64,000 nucleotides of DNA from Candidatus Latescibacterota bacterium (GTDB taxonomy: Bacteria > Latescibacterota > UBA2968 > GCA-2709665). Of this stretch, positions 10,388-20,668 are shown one piece after another; positions within the stretch are counted from its first letter, which is position 1; each line of letters starts with the position of its first letter. The notes under the pieces were generated by a model that was not told the origin of the DNA, did no database searches, and saw only the letters and a list, made by a program, of their open reading frames with translations. The stretch lies in the NCBI GenBank assembly GCA_965219455.1, contig OZ244744.1, positions 96,001 through 160,000 on the forward strand, in the 5' to 3' direction. The position numbers were made by a program, and so were the translations under genes.

Positions 10388-11943
10388 GTGTCCTCCAACA
10401 GCATCGCCCTTGTCTCGCCGCCGGGCGGCAGAACAACATCATGCCACGCCGCTCCCGGCTGCCTCCAGGAAAAGCTCACGTACGCGTCACCACCGTTGTT
10501 AATCCGGACGCTCCCCGCCGCCGGGCCGGGTGGGACGACCAGCGAAACCACCTGCTCCGGTAGACCGGGCTCACCGACCGACCGGCGAAATTCCACCGCG
10601 GGCATCACCGCGCCCAGGCGCTCTCGGGCGCCCAGTACCAAAGGTCCGTAGCATCCGGTCACTGCTCCGGAACCCCAGTTTCTTCCGTGGCCGGCCGCGA
10701 CGGAGCAGACTGCCCCGCCCATGTCCGCATGCTCCCGTCCGCCCCTCAACACGCGTCGCGCCACCCTTAACTTCCTCGATGCCTGCCTCAGCGCCCGCGA
10801 TGCAAAAGAAACATCCCCGGTGATCTGATAGGCCAACGTCAACGTGGCCGTGCAGGGCTCGCGCCCAGGCGCGATCCGGTCGATGCCGTCTACCTGCACA
10901 CCCCAGTGCACCATATCCGCCCGTTTTCCGACGCCTGGAAAGACCATTCTCGGAATCTCGGGCACCATCAGCACGAGTTCACCGGCTTCCCCGTCCGGTA
11001 TCCGCGCAACCATCTCGCGGATGCGGCCATCCAATGTATCGTCGCCGAATGCGCCACGGTAATATGAGACGGCAGCCGCGCCGGGATCGCAATACGGGTC
11101 GTGAAGCATGACGACAAGCCCCTCCACGATCCGAAACGCCGCGTCGCGGAAGACCTGCTCGCCTGAAAGCAGGAACAGGTCACCCAGCGCCTGAACCGCT
11201 CCGGAGGCGAGAAGGACCTCCACACCCGCCGCCGGATCGCCCTGTAAACGGTGGCTGGCGGCGCTCATCCGACGCTGCGATTCCGTGTATCCGCATTCAC
11301 GGAGCGGATGCCCGTCCGGCCCCCACATCACCGGCAAATCCCCCTTCGGAGCCGCAACGATCATCTCCGCGCGACGCCGGCCGTATCGCAACGCCCAATC
11401 CAGGTACCGATCCTGTTTCAGTACCCGGTAGGCCGCCAGGGCGATATGGATAAACCGGAAATGCTCCGCCAGTTCCACCGCGTGCTCCGGATCCCGCCCC
11501 ACGGCCCGCGTTCCGATGTGGTACCCGTAGAACCGATTCCGAACCCAGTCGAACCACGCCGGAATCCCCTCCACCCAGTTCCCGATATGTTCCGCCGCGT
11601 CGGCGAGCAGTGCCGCTGCCACGCGATCCTCAGGAAACAGACCCAGGTAGCGCGGGAGAAAAAGCAGAAACGGTTCGGTGCCGTGATGCGCTTCAGCTTC
11701 CGGCTCGTAACCGTGCAGACATTCCCGTTGGACCCAACCCGCAAGCTGATCCCGGAGATGCTCGAAATGTTCCACCACTGCCGGGCTGCCCGTTGCCAGA
11801 AAGTGCGGAAACCAGGCCAGGGCGTAGTTCGCTTCATCCTCTCCCCCGCCGTGCCGGCCCGGCGGATCCATGCTCCGGCTCTGCTTCAACCAGGCTTCCA
11901 TCTCCTTCCGAAGGGCGACGTAATGTCGGAAACAGGTCTGCAT
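10384..11943 (-). CDS. Hypothetical protein, probable alpha-helical (alpha/alpha) enzyme
   Basis: 519-aa ORF whose stop overlaps the AKR start; His/Glu/Trp-rich motifs (EAHHGTE, EHIGNW, EHFRF); no family recognised. Confidence 0.7.
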   Translation of the reverse strand: MQTCFRHYVALRKEMEAWLKQSRSMDPPGRHGGGEDEANYALAWFPHFLATGSPAVVEHFEHLRDQLAGWVQRECLHGYEPEAEAHHGTEPFLLFLPRYLGLFPEDRVAAALLADAAEHIGNWVEGIPAWFDWVRNRFYGYHIGTRAVGRDPEHAVELAEHFRFIHIALAAYRVLKQDRYLDWALRYGRRRAEMIVAAPKGDLPVMWGPDGHPLRECGYTESQRRMSAASHRLQGDPAAGVEVLLASGAVQALGDLFLLSGEQVFRDAAFRIVEGLVVMLHDPYCDPGAAAVSYYRGAFGDDTLDGRIREMVARIPDGEAGELVLMVPEIPRMVFPGVGKRADMVHWGVQVDGIDRIAPGREPCTATLTLAYQITGDVSFASRALRQASRKLRVARRVLRGGREHADMGGAVCSVAAGHGRNWGSGAVTGCYGPLVLGARERLGAVMPAVEFRRSVGEPGLPEQVVSLVVPPGPAAGSVRINNGGDAYVSFSWRQPGAAWHDVVLPPGGETRAMLLEDT

Positions 11944-12169
11944 ATAGGGTCTACAATAGTGTCTGCAGGAGCAGTGTCGCCAGCCCCAGGTAAATCAGGA
12001 TGCCAGCCACGTCGGCCGCACGCTGCCTGTTCAACACGCGGGCAAGCGCTTTCCTGTCCTCCAGGGCGGGGAGTTCATGGGTCAACTCCATCAATGCCAT
12101 CGATACGCGCGCCGGTCTTCCCGCTCGATGGTTCGGATGTTCCGTAGCCGTTCGCCACAACGTCCTCTG

Positions 12170-13537
12170 TCAGGAGATGCGTTTGAGCCCCGCATCGAAC
12201 GCCGACACAATTCGATCCGCTTCTTTCCGGGTCAGTATCAGGGGCGGCGCCAGAAAGAAAATGCTTTCCGGCCCGGCCATCACGTGGCTCATGCGCCCCA
12301 CGATCACGCCGTGTTCCAAAATGCCCGCCTGCACGGCAGCAACCCGCGCGGCATCCACCATGGCGCCATTCTCCGCGGTAAGTTCCACGGCGATCATCAG
12401 CCCCTTGCCTCGCACGTCGCCGACGAACGGAGAATCCAGCCCTCTTAATTCGTCCAGAAGGTACGCGCCCACCTCCGCCGAATTCTCCCACAATCGTTCG
12501 GCCATCATAATGTCCAGGTTCGCCAGGGCCGCGGCGCAACAAACCGGGTGCCCGCCATAGGTGGCCACCGAGGAGAATTCACGCGCTTCGTCGGGCTCGC
12601 CCATAAACGTTTCGAACACCTCCGACGTCACCGCGCAGGCCCCGAGGGGCAAATAACCACTGGACACCCCTTTGGCCAGGGTCATCACGTCCGGAACCAC
12701 ACCCCAGTGCTCCGACGCGAACAGTTTGCCGGTACGGCCGAACCCCGTAATCACTTCGTCAAGAATCAAGAGCACGCCATACCGGTCACAGATCTCGCGC
12801 AGGCGGGGAAGGTACTCGTCCGGCGGGATGATCACGCCGCCGCCGCCGATTATCGGTTCGGCGATGACCGCAACTACCGTTGTCGGATCCTCCCGGACAA
12901 TGACCTCTTCGATCTCGTCCACGCACGCCACGCCACAGTCGGGATAGGTCAGTTTCAACGGGCAGCGATAACAGTAGGGAGGGTCCACGTGGAAGAACCC
13001 CGGCATCAGGGGCTCGAACTTGGCCCGCCTCGCAACCTGTCCCGTCGCGGACATGGCGCCATAGGTAAACCCGTGATAACCCTGGTATCGCGCGATCACC
13101 TTGTACCGGTTCTGGCCCGGAAATTTCTGCCGGCCGTACTGCCGCGCAATCTTCAACGCCGTCTCGTTCGCCTCCGAACCGCTGTTGGAGAAAAAAAGAT
13201 GGTTGAGATCCCCGGGCAGCAATTCAGCCAGCCTGGTTGCAAGCTTTGCGGCAGGCAGATTCACCTGGAGATGGGGATAGTACGAAAGCCGCAACATCTG
13301 TTCGTACACGGCCGTCGCAATCTCCTGGCGGCCGTATCCCACGTTGACGTTCCAGAGTCCCGCGTAAGCATCCAGGTACTCCCGACCCTCGGCATCCACC
13401 ACTCTTGTTCCCTTCCCTCTGTGGACCACCATCAGATCCCGGTGCTCCAGAGACCGGTGCTGTACCATCGGATGCCAGACGTGCGCGCGGTCCTGCGCCC
13501 GAATTTCCTCAACATCCGGTTGATGTGTGTCCGCCAT
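12170..13537 (-). CDS. Class III PLP aminotransferase (omega-amino acid/BioA-like family)
   Basis: YLDAYAGLWNVNVGYG, FSNSGSEANE, YHG, ILDEVITGFGRTG, PDVMTLAKG, TYGGHP. Confidence 0.93.
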   Translation of the reverse strand: MADTHQPDVEEIRAQDRAHVWHPMVQHRSLEHRDLMVVHRGKGTRVVDAEGREYLDAYAGLWNVNVGYGRQEIATAVYEQMLRLSYYPHLQVNLPAAKLATRLAELLPGDLNHLFFSNSGSEANETALKIARQYGRQKFPGQNRYKVIARYQGYHGFTYGAMSATGQVARRAKFEPLMPGFFHVDPPYCYRCPLKLTYPDCGVACVDEIEEVIVREDPTTVVAVIAEPIIGGGGVIIPPDEYLPRLREICDRYGVLLILDEVITGFGRTGKLFASEHWGVVPDVMTLAKGVSSGYLPLGACAVTSEVFETFMGEPDEAREFSSVATYGGHPVCCAAALANLDIMMAERLWENSAEVGAYLLDELRGLDSPFVGDVRGKGLMIAVELTAENGAMVDAARVAAVQAGILEHGVIVGRMSHVMAGPESIFFLAPPLILTRKEADRIVSAFDAGLKRIS

Positions 13538-13622
13538 CGGCTTCCCCCGTTCTGATCGACGATATTTGGCTTGACTCCCCCGGGCCTCATATCTACTTTG
13601 CAACCTCGATTTCAGAGGCACC

Positions 13623-13651
13623 ATCATACGCTATTCAACGACTGAAGTCAA
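13623..13651 (-). promoter_or_regulatory. Sigma70-like promoter of the aminotransferase
   Basis: TTGACT-17 nt-TATGAT on the minus strand. Confidence 0.6.
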
Positions 13652-13811
13652 GGTCAACCCCGGAGGTTCACGTCCGGCCCTCGCACGCAGCGGGCCGACC
13701 GTTTCCCGTGTGGAATACGTACCGCCGGGGGTCGATTGTTCCCCCTTTAAGGGTGTGCGGCAACCGACATCCCGCCGCGCCAGGTGAGCCAACGGCGGTT
13801 CCGGAAATTTT

Positions 13812-15116
13812 ATGGTCACACCCGAACACCATACCGTCATCATCGTGGGTGGGGGCCCGGCGGGTCTGCCATTGGCCGTCGTGCTTGGCGGATGGCATCC
13901 GTATTATTGCGGCGGCGGCCTTTTCCGCGACCGATACGAGCAGGTCGACCGCTACCTTCGGAGCGTGAACGGCACGCTGCTCGGCCTCGATTTCAGAGCC
14001 GTCGTGAATGCCGGTATCCGTCCGGTGGACCTGTTTCGGCTTCTGCACCATCCGGGACAGAAGTTCCGCGGCCAGGATGAAATCGCCCTGAAATTCCGCA
14101 GACGTGAACCCGTCGACGTGTTGCTGATCACCCAGGAAGAGGTCGGCGGCGTGTGGAACAATGTACCGAAAAACATGTTCACGCTTTCTCCCGGACAGTG
14201 GATGGAATTCGCCTTCCATCCGCTCGACCGGCATTGCCGCGAACAACGGATAGATCTCGACGTCAACGCCCTGATCGCCAAACGTCATCTCATCGACTAT
14301 TACCACGCCGTCCCGGGCCGCTTCGAGGTCGCCGACCACATACGCACACACGAAAGAGTTACGCGCATCCAGCCTCACGACAGGGGTTTTCTGCTCACAT
14401 ATAGTGAAGTCGGCACGGGAATCTCTCGTCGTTACACCTGCAAGTACCTCGTATACGCGGTGGGCCAGCGTTGCATTCTGCGAAAACTCAACGTACCGGG
14501 CGAACACCTCCCGTTCGTAACTTCAGGCTACGATCAACCCGAAAGCTATCCCGGCAAACGCATCCTTGTCGTGGGGGGAGGCCGGTCCGCCGATTGGGCG
14601 GCGACCGAGCTGCACGACGCCGGCAAACAGATCCACTACGTCATGCGCCAGCCCTTCGATCATCACTGGCGCCTCATTTCCGACAGCCGCTTCGGCCTAC
14701 CCTACTACGCGCGCATCGCCGATATCATGGAAGGCCGATCCGACCGCCTGAATGCCCGCTATGAAACCCGGATCCTCGGTTTCGAGAAGGGCGTGTCCGG
14801 CGGTATTGCCACCCTTTGCCGCAATGGCAACCGCGAAACACTGGAAATCGACCACGCCATCCTTGAAATCGGCGGCATTGCGGATTACTCTCTCTTCGAG
14901 GGTTTTCCACCGCTCCCTGCAGTGGACAAATATGACAATTATCGCTTCCAGGTTCATCAATTGCCCATATATCCCCACAACTATGAATCCACAGCCGTAA
15001 CAAACCTGTATCCCGGCGGTTACCTGGCCGAAGGCATCGGCCTCGTGGTGATCGGTATGCACGGCACAACCTACGCCATCGCCGGTGACATTCTTCAGAA
15101 AGAAGGGCGGCTGTAG
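13812..15116 (+). CDS. FAD/NAD(P)-dependent oxidoreductase resembling animal OSGIN1/2 flavoproteins
   Basis: Two Rossmann motifs (VIIVGGGPAG; ILVVGGGRSA), GGVW motif, LNVPGE.LPFV; collinear with my recollection of the OSGIN sequence. Confidence 0.85.
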   Translation: MVTPEHHTVIIVGGGPAGLPLAVVLGGWHPYYCGGGLFRDRYEQVDRYLRSVNGTLLGLDFRAVVNAGIRPVDLFRLLHHPGQKFRGQDEIALKFRRREPVDVLLITQEEVGGVWNNVPKNMFTLSPGQWMEFAFHPLDRHCREQRIDLDVNALIAKRHLIDYYHAVPGRFEVADHIRTHERVTRIQPHDRGFLLTYSEVGTGISRRYTCKYLVYAVGQRCILRKLNVPGEHLPFVTSGYDQPESYPGKRILVVGGGRSADWAATELHDAGKQIHYVMRQPFDHHWRLISDSRFGLPYYARIADIMEGRSDRLNARYETRILGFEKGVSGGIATLCRNGNRETLEIDHAILEIGGIADYSLFEGFPPLPAVDKYDNYRFQVHQLPIYPHNYESTAVTNLYPGGYLAEGIGLVVIGMHGTTYAIAGDILQKEGRL

Positions 15117-15277
15117 ACCACGGCCCGGGCCAACTCGGGCGTGAGCGGAATCCGGACTGCTCCCTACCCGGGCCACCCCTGAAAATATCCGTGGACATTT
15201 CACCGCACAGGCCTTATTAAAGAAGGCCAGGGACCGATTTAACGGTTGTAACAATAGTCATTGCCGGGGAGGCGTCC

Positions 15278-16477
15278 GTGCCCGTCACCATCCGCGACGT
15301 CAGAACCATTCTCACCCAGCCGGCCGGATCACGCCTCATCGTGGTCAAAGTCGTCACTTCCGAACCCGGTCTCTACGGCCTCGGCTGCGCCACGTTCACC
15401 CAGCGTTTCCATGCGGTCCGCACCGCCCTTGAAAAACACATCAAACCCCTTCTCATCGGACGTGACGTCGACCGCATTGAAGACATCTGGCAGATATGTA
15501 TGCTCAACGGATACTGGCGCAACGGCCCCGTACTCAACAACGCGATTTCCGGCGTCGATATCGCTCTATGGGACATCAAGGGCAAGCGCGCGGGCATGCC
15601 AGTCTATCAGCTGCTGGGCGGCAGATGTCGCGAAGCCGCAGCCTGTTACGCACACGCCGACGGTCGAGACAGGAACGAAGTCCTCGACAACGTCCTGAAA
15701 TTCCACGAACAGGGCTACCAGCACATTCGCGTGCAGATGGGCGGGTACGGCGGCAGGACGTCCCGCTTGCGCAAACCGGAAGGTTCGCAGGAGGGCGCGT
15801 ATTATGATCCGCGGGAATACGCCCGCGGGATGCTCGACATGATCGGGCATGTCCGCGCAAACGCCGCCCCGCATATCGAACTCCTCCACGACATCCACGA
15901 ACGCATGGTCCCCATAGACGCGGTCCAGTTCGCGAAGAATGCGGAACCCTTCAAGCTGTTTTTCCTGGAGGATCCGCTCGCCCCGGAAGATCTGGAATGG
16001 TTCCGAAACATCCGGCGTCAATGCGCCACGCCCATCGCCATGGGGGAACTCTTCAACCACCCGCGAGAGTGGACCCCACTCATCGAGGACCGGCTGATTG
16101 ACTTTATCCGAATGCACATCAGCCAGATGGGGGGCCTTACCCCCGCCCGCAACGTGGCGATATTTGCCGGCATGTACGGCATTCGCACCGCCTGGCACGG
16201 TCCCGGCGACGTTTCGCCCGTCGGCCACGCCGCCAACCTGCACCTGGATCTCTGGGCGCCCAACTTCGGAATCCAGGAGTGGTGCCGTTTCAACGAACTC
16301 GTCTACGAGATCTTTCCGGGCACGCCTGAAGTTAGAGGCGGTTACATGTATCCCAACGACCGGCCCGGCCTCGGTATCGACATTGACGAGGACCTCGCCT
16401 CGAAGCACCCCTGTCAGGATGAGATTATCGGCTGGACGCAGGCCCGCCTGCCGGATGGCTCACCCGCCAGGCCCTGA
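15278..16477 (+). CDS. Enolase-superfamily sugar-acid dehydratase (mannonate dehydratase/RspA subgroup)
   Basis: YWRNGPV, SGVDIALWDIKGK, LLHDIHER, FFLED, AMGE, WHGPGDVSPVG. Confidence 0.9.
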   Translation: MPVTIRDVRTILTQPAGSRLIVVKVVTSEPGLYGLGCATFTQRFHAVRTALEKHIKPLLIGRDVDRIEDIWQICMLNGYWRNGPVLNNAISGVDIALWDIKGKRAGMPVYQLLGGRCREAAACYAHADGRDRNEVLDNVLKFHEQGYQHIRVQMGGYGGRTSRLRKPEGSQEGAYYDPREYARGMLDMIGHVRANAAPHIELLHDIHERMVPIDAVQFAKNAEPFKLFFLEDPLAPEDLEWFRNIRRQCATPIAMGELFNHPREWTPLIEDRLIDFIRMHISQMGGLTPARNVAIFAGMYGIRTAWHGPGDVSPVGHAANLHLDLWAPNFGIQEWCRFNELVYEIFPGTPEVRGGYMYPNDRPGLGIDIDEDLASKHPCQDEIIGWTQARLPDGSPARP

Positions 16478-16576
16478 ATCCAACACCCGATACGGATCGC
16501 GATCACCGCTCCTTACCGACGGGCGGTCTCGTCCGCCGGTGATCGAAATCCATAAATTCCAACCAGGGAGGACCGA

Positions 16577-17446
16577 ATGATAAGAATCGGAATCGTAGGC
16601 GCGGAAAACAGCCACACCGTCGCCATTTCGAAAACGTTGAACATCGACAAAAAAGTACCGGGCTGCCGCGTCACCCATGTATGGGGCGAAGCCGACCGGT
16701 ACGCCAAAGACGCTCAGGATCGTGGACAGATCCCAAATATTGTCAGGAACCCCGAAGATATGATCGGTCAGGTCGACGCCGCGTGCGTGGACCATCGCGA
16801 CGCGAAATACCACCTGCCGGCGGTCTGGCCGCTGATAGAAGCCGGAATCCCGGTATTTGTGGACAAACCGTTCTGTTATCGCGTCTCGGAGGGCAGGCGT
16901 TTCCTGGACCGCGCGGCGGGACTCGGGGTCCCTGTCTGCTCCTTTTCGGTGTTACCCAAACAGAAGTCCTTCAGCCAACTGAAAAAAGACATCGGTGAGT
17001 TGGGTCGGATCGTCTCCGTGGTTACGACCGGTCCGTGCGATATCAAATCCAATTGGGGCGGCGTCTTCTTCTATGGTATCCACCAGGTCGACATGGTCGT
17101 GCGGCTGCTTGACAGCGACATTACCCACGTGGATGTCAACAGGGGTAAAAAGAATCATACCGGCACGCTTTACTCCGCGAGCGGCGCCATCTCCACGCTC
17201 AATCTCTTCACCGAAGGTCACTCCGCATTCCACGTGTCTGTGATCTGCGAAAAAGGGCGCGTCGACCGCGTCATCGGCTATGACGACAATCCTTATCTGG
17301 GCGGCGCAGAAGCCTTCTGCAACATGTTTAAAACCGGCATCACCGACGAAACGCGCGAGTCGATGCTGAAGCCGGTTGCCGTACTGGAAGCGATGGAGAA
17401 ATCCATCGACCAGAAAAAGAAAATCGAAGTACCGTCCATCGCATAG
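16577..17446 (+). CDS. Gfo/Idh/MocA-like oxidoreductase
   Basis: MIRIGIVGAENSH, PVFVDKP, FFYGIH. Confidence 0.82.
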   Translation: MIRIGIVGAENSHTVAISKTLNIDKKVPGCRVTHVWGEADRYAKDAQDRGQIPNIVRNPEDMIGQVDAACVDHRDAKYHLPAVWPLIEAGIPVFVDKPFCYRVSEGRRFLDRAAGLGVPVCSFSVLPKQKSFSQLKKDIGELGRIVSVVTTGPCDIKSNWGGVFFYGIHQVDMVVRLLDSDITHVDVNRGKKNHTGTLYSASGAISTLNLFTEGHSAFHVSVICEKGRVDRVIGYDDNPYLGGAEAFCNMFKTGITDETRESMLKPVAVLEAMEKSIDQKKKIEVPSIA

Positions 17447-17557
17447 AGGCACGTCGGCGGGACCCGTCCGGAGTTTCTCATCGCCGCACGGGACAGCCGT
17501 GCGGAACCCCCCGGACGCAGCCGGCCCGATGATCATACCATCCCGCGTGGGCTGGCT

Positions 17558-18601
17558 TCAGCATCCTATCGCTTCCCTCAGCACCCTGAGGTGGTTCTCG
17601 CCGAGAATCTTGCCGACGTCGCCCTCCGAATACCCCCGCGCCAGCAGTCCCTCGGTAATTCGAGGAAATGCGGTCGCGTCGTCCAACAGGGTGCCCCCGC
17701 CGTCGAAATCCGATCCGATGCCCACGTGGTCCACGCCTGCAAGCTGCACTGCGTGGTCCACATGGTCAAGAAGTCGCATGAACGTGGGCTCTGTCGTATC
17801 GACGAAACGGGGCACAAACGTCACACCCATCGACCCGCCGTTCTTCGCGAGCGCTCTGATCTGTTCGTTGCTCAGGTTTCTTGGATGGTCGCACACCGAC
17901 TTGCAGTTGCTGTGCGAAGCGATCACCGGCTTTCGGGAAACGTCCATCACGTCCCAGAATCCTGCTTCGCTGATGTGCGACACGTCCACCAGCATTCCCA
18001 GGTTGTTCATCTCCTCTACAAGCCGCACGCCGAAACGGGTCAGTCCTCCGCGGGTACGTGCCTCGGCATTTCCGTCCGCGGCCAGGCTGCTGACATCGTG
18101 CGTCAGTCCGATCGAACGTATGCCCATCCTGTGAAGCATGCGAAGCACATTCACGCTGCCTTCCACCCCGTCGCTGTTCTCGATCGCCAGCACGACCGCC
18201 AGTTTGCCGTCACGTTTTGCGCGCGAAATATCGCCGGCGGATTTCGCCAGCACGACTTCGCCGCCGTGTGCTTCCAGTTCAGAGTCGAAGAACCCCATGG
18301 CGTCCAGCGCATAGGTCAGATGGTTTTTCACGGCAAGGGTGACATCGACGGCGAAAAAAGCCGCGTCCAGGCCTCCCTTTCGCATCTTGGGAAAATCAAT
18401 CTGTACCGTGGATTCCAGGGTCTGCCGGTCCAGCAGCCCCCTCAATCCGGCCACACTCGCGTTCCGACGGTCTCCGTCGGGCGGTGGGCTGCCGGAAAAT
18501 CCCAGATTTCCACGGCGAATATGATTGACGATCGCATCGTTGTGCGAATCGACCACCAGAGCGCCTCGATGTACGCGTGCCGCGTCGTTCCCGTCATTCA
18601 T
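17558..18601 (-). CDS. Membrane (renal) dipeptidase, peptidase M19
   Basis: VDSHND, LAIEN, VDVSH, IASHSN, HPRN, GIGSDFDG, ILGEN. Confidence 0.92.
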   Translation of the reverse strand: MNDGNDAARVHRGALVVDSHNDAIVNHIRRGNLGFSGSPPPDGDRRNASVAGLRGLLDRQTLESTVQIDFPKMRKGGLDAAFFAVDVTLAVKNHLTYALDAMGFFDSELEAHGGEVVLAKSAGDISRAKRDGKLAVVLAIENSDGVEGSVNVLRMLHRMGIRSIGLTHDVSSLAADGNAEARTRGGLTRFGVRLVEEMNNLGMLVDVSHISEAGFWDVMDVSRKPVIASHSNCKSVCDHPRNLSNEQIRALAKNGGSMGVTFVPRFVDTTEPTFMRLLDHVDHAVQLAGVDHVGIGSDFDGGGTLLDDATAFPRITEGLLARGYSEGDVGKILGENHLRVLREAIGC

Positions 18602-18694
18602 GAAGATCTCTCCATTGAAATGCCAGATTCCGTTTTCCGTGGGTGAGTTAAAGACGAAACAGACGATCGACGTTGCTCGCAGGCCCTGCCACTG

Positions 18695-19975
18695 TCAGAA
18701 ATAATAACGCAAAGACGCGAAATACACCGCCGGATACAGTCCGAACTCCGATTCAGGGAACTCTGAAAATCCGGATTGAGTGGAGCCGGGGCGCCCACCA
18801 ATCCCGTAGAACACGCCACCGGAAACAGACGCATCCTGGAAGAATCCATACTCGAAGGCTGGCGACAGAAACGCCGACCGGTCCGCAAGGTTCCACAGCA
18901 CCGGCACGCGAATCGACCAGAGCGGTGTGAGTTGCCATGCCAGTGAAGGCGCCGCATAGTGCCTGCCCAACAGATAGACTCCTGCCGTGGTATGGGTCGG
19001 ATCGTTGAGCAGACTCCGATAGTCCCGGGTACTGGAAACGCCCGCGCCGTTCAGGTGATACTCGAGGGTACCATAGACCCCATTTGAGAATCGATAGTCG
19101 AGACCGGTCGAAATCCGCATGAACGACCGGCCACCCGCCGCGCGGGTCCACGCGGCCTCCAGCCATGCGCCCGCGTCCCCCAGCGACCTGGCCAGGTCCG
19201 CACCCAGGAGCAGATTATCCTGGTACATCATCGCCGTCACATAAACATCCGTTCCGTGCGTAAAGAAACGGCCGCGAACAAAGCCCGCGCCACGCTTCTT
19301 CGAGAGATCCCATCCTGGAATAACACCTGCGTCCAGTTCGCCCATCATCCCAACAGGCGCACGCAACCTGATCGCATCCACCCCCACCCGTTCTTCTTTG
19401 TCCATCACCTCGGGGGAATATGGCACGATGACATCGGTCGGATTCACCGCCCGCGCCGAACCGAATGCGACGACCTGTCTGCCAACGTAGACGTCCGCAC
19501 GCGGCAGTGAAACCGTCACCGACGCGCGGTCCAGATTCTGGGTTACGGTAAACCCCCGGCCCGTGCCGTCAGTACGAGGAAACAGTCTGGTCCTGAGATC
19601 CTTCACCCGGTAACCGAAAAGCGCGGGCGCCGGCAACCGGGAGGCTTCCAATAACGGCGCACCCGGGATTCTCCCGGACAATTCGTACGCGAACTCGCCC
19701 GATAGCCCGGGACCCGGTCGCCAGAACAACTCGAAGCGAACGCGGTTCAACAATATCCGCCGGGTCTCCGGGTTCCGGATTTCCGAGTCGGGCACCGGCA
19801 CCTGAACCATTGCAAAGCTCTTCACGTATCCACTCAGCCTGAGGCTGCCTTGGTCCGTCCACGCCCGCGTCGGCATCAGGACAAAGAGAATCAGGCAGCA
19901 CAGGAATAACCCATTCGCCTGCGGGTGGGGCCTGCTACTACCCGCTCCGGGTAACATCCTGTACAATGCATCCAT
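18695..19975 (-). CDS. Putative outer-membrane beta-barrel linked to the ABC/LolA-like cluster (start uncertain)
   Basis: Hydrophobic N-terminus, alternating beta strands, LDRA..., GRQ...G...NPTD, GVDA motifs, terminal YYF. Confidence 0.72.
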   Translation of the reverse strand: MDALYRMLPGAGSSRPHPQANGLFLCCLILFVLMPTRAWTDQGSLRLSGYVKSFAMVQVPVPDSEIRNPETRRILLNRVRFELFWRPGPGLSGEFAYELSGRIPGAPLLEASRLPAPALFGYRVKDLRTRLFPRTDGTGRGFTVTQNLDRASVTVSLPRADVYVGRQVVAFGSARAVNPTDVIVPYSPEVMDKEERVGVDAIRLRAPVGMMGELDAGVIPGWDLSKKRGAGFVRGRFFTHGTDVYVTAMMYQDNLLLGADLARSLGDAGAWLEAAWTRAAGGRSFMRISTGLDYRFSNGVYGTLEYHLNGAGVSSTRDYRSLLNDPTHTTAGVYLLGRHYAAPSLAWQLTPLWSIRVPVLWNLADRSAFLSPAFEYGFFQDASVSGGVFYGIGGRPGSTQSGFSEFPESEFGLYPAVYFASLRYYF

Positions 19976-20639
19976 CCTTCAGCAACACCAAACGTTTCGC
20001 CCGATCCATAATCATCTGATCGTGAGAAGAAAATAAAAAAGTCATCCGCCGTCGCTCGTTTAATTCCCTCATCAGGTCCAGGAGCGCGGCGCCAGTGGCT
20101 GAATCCAGATTCGCCGTGGGTTCATCCGCGAGGATCAGATCCGGCTGCGAGACCATCGCCCGGGCGACCGCCACGCGTTGTTGCTGCCCGCCCGAGAGTT
20201 GGGGTGGGCGCCGGTCCTCCATTCCCTCCAGACCAACAGTGGCCAACATCTCCCGCACCCGTTCGCGGCGCGCGCGATGCGGCACCCCCTGCAGCAACAT
20301 GACATATTCGATATTTTCGAGCACCGTCAACACCGGGATCAAATTGTACGCCTGGAATATAAACCCGATATGGTCCCTGCGAAAGTCGGACAGCGCGCGT
20401 CCGCCCATCTCGCTGATCGGTGTTCCGGCCAGCCTGACCCGGCCGATTGTGGGCGAATCCAATCCGCTCAGGATATTGAGCAACGTGGATTTGCCGGATC
20501 CCGACGGTCCCGCAATGGCAGTAAACTCACCCTGCGAAACTTTGAGATCCACAGACCTCAACGCCGATACGCGCACCTCCCCCGCGCGGTAAATCTTGCT
20601 CACGCCTTCCGCTTCTATCACCACGGAATTTCCCGTCAT
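19938..20639 (-). CDS. ABC transporter ATP-binding protein (LolD/MacB type)
   Basis: [38 protein letters not shown]. Confidence 0.95.
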   Translation of the reverse strand: MTGNSVVIEAEGVSKIYRAGEVRVSALRSVDLKVSQGEFTAIAGPSGSGKSTLLNILSGLDSPTIGRVRLAGTPISEMGGRALSDFRRDHIGFIFQAYNLIPVLTVLENIEYVMLLQGVPHRARRERVREMLATVGLEGMEDRRPPQLSGGQQQRVAVARAMVSQPDLILADEPTANLDSATGAALLDLMRELNERRRMTFLFSSHDQMIMDRAKRLVLLKDGCIVQDVTRSG

Positions 20640-20668
20640 ACTTCACTCCCAAGCCCCGCGGTTTGTAT

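Noticed and set aside
11951-12160. Small ORF with a C-terminal hydrophobic helix between the aminotransferase and the 519-aa gene
   Set aside because: Plausible, but start and frame are ambiguous (a competing 27-codon GTG ORF shares the RBS) and no family is recognised, so it was not called.
13540-13620. Possible riboswitch in the aminotransferase leader
   Set aside because: Short hairpins exist but no consensus of a riboswitch class I know is present.
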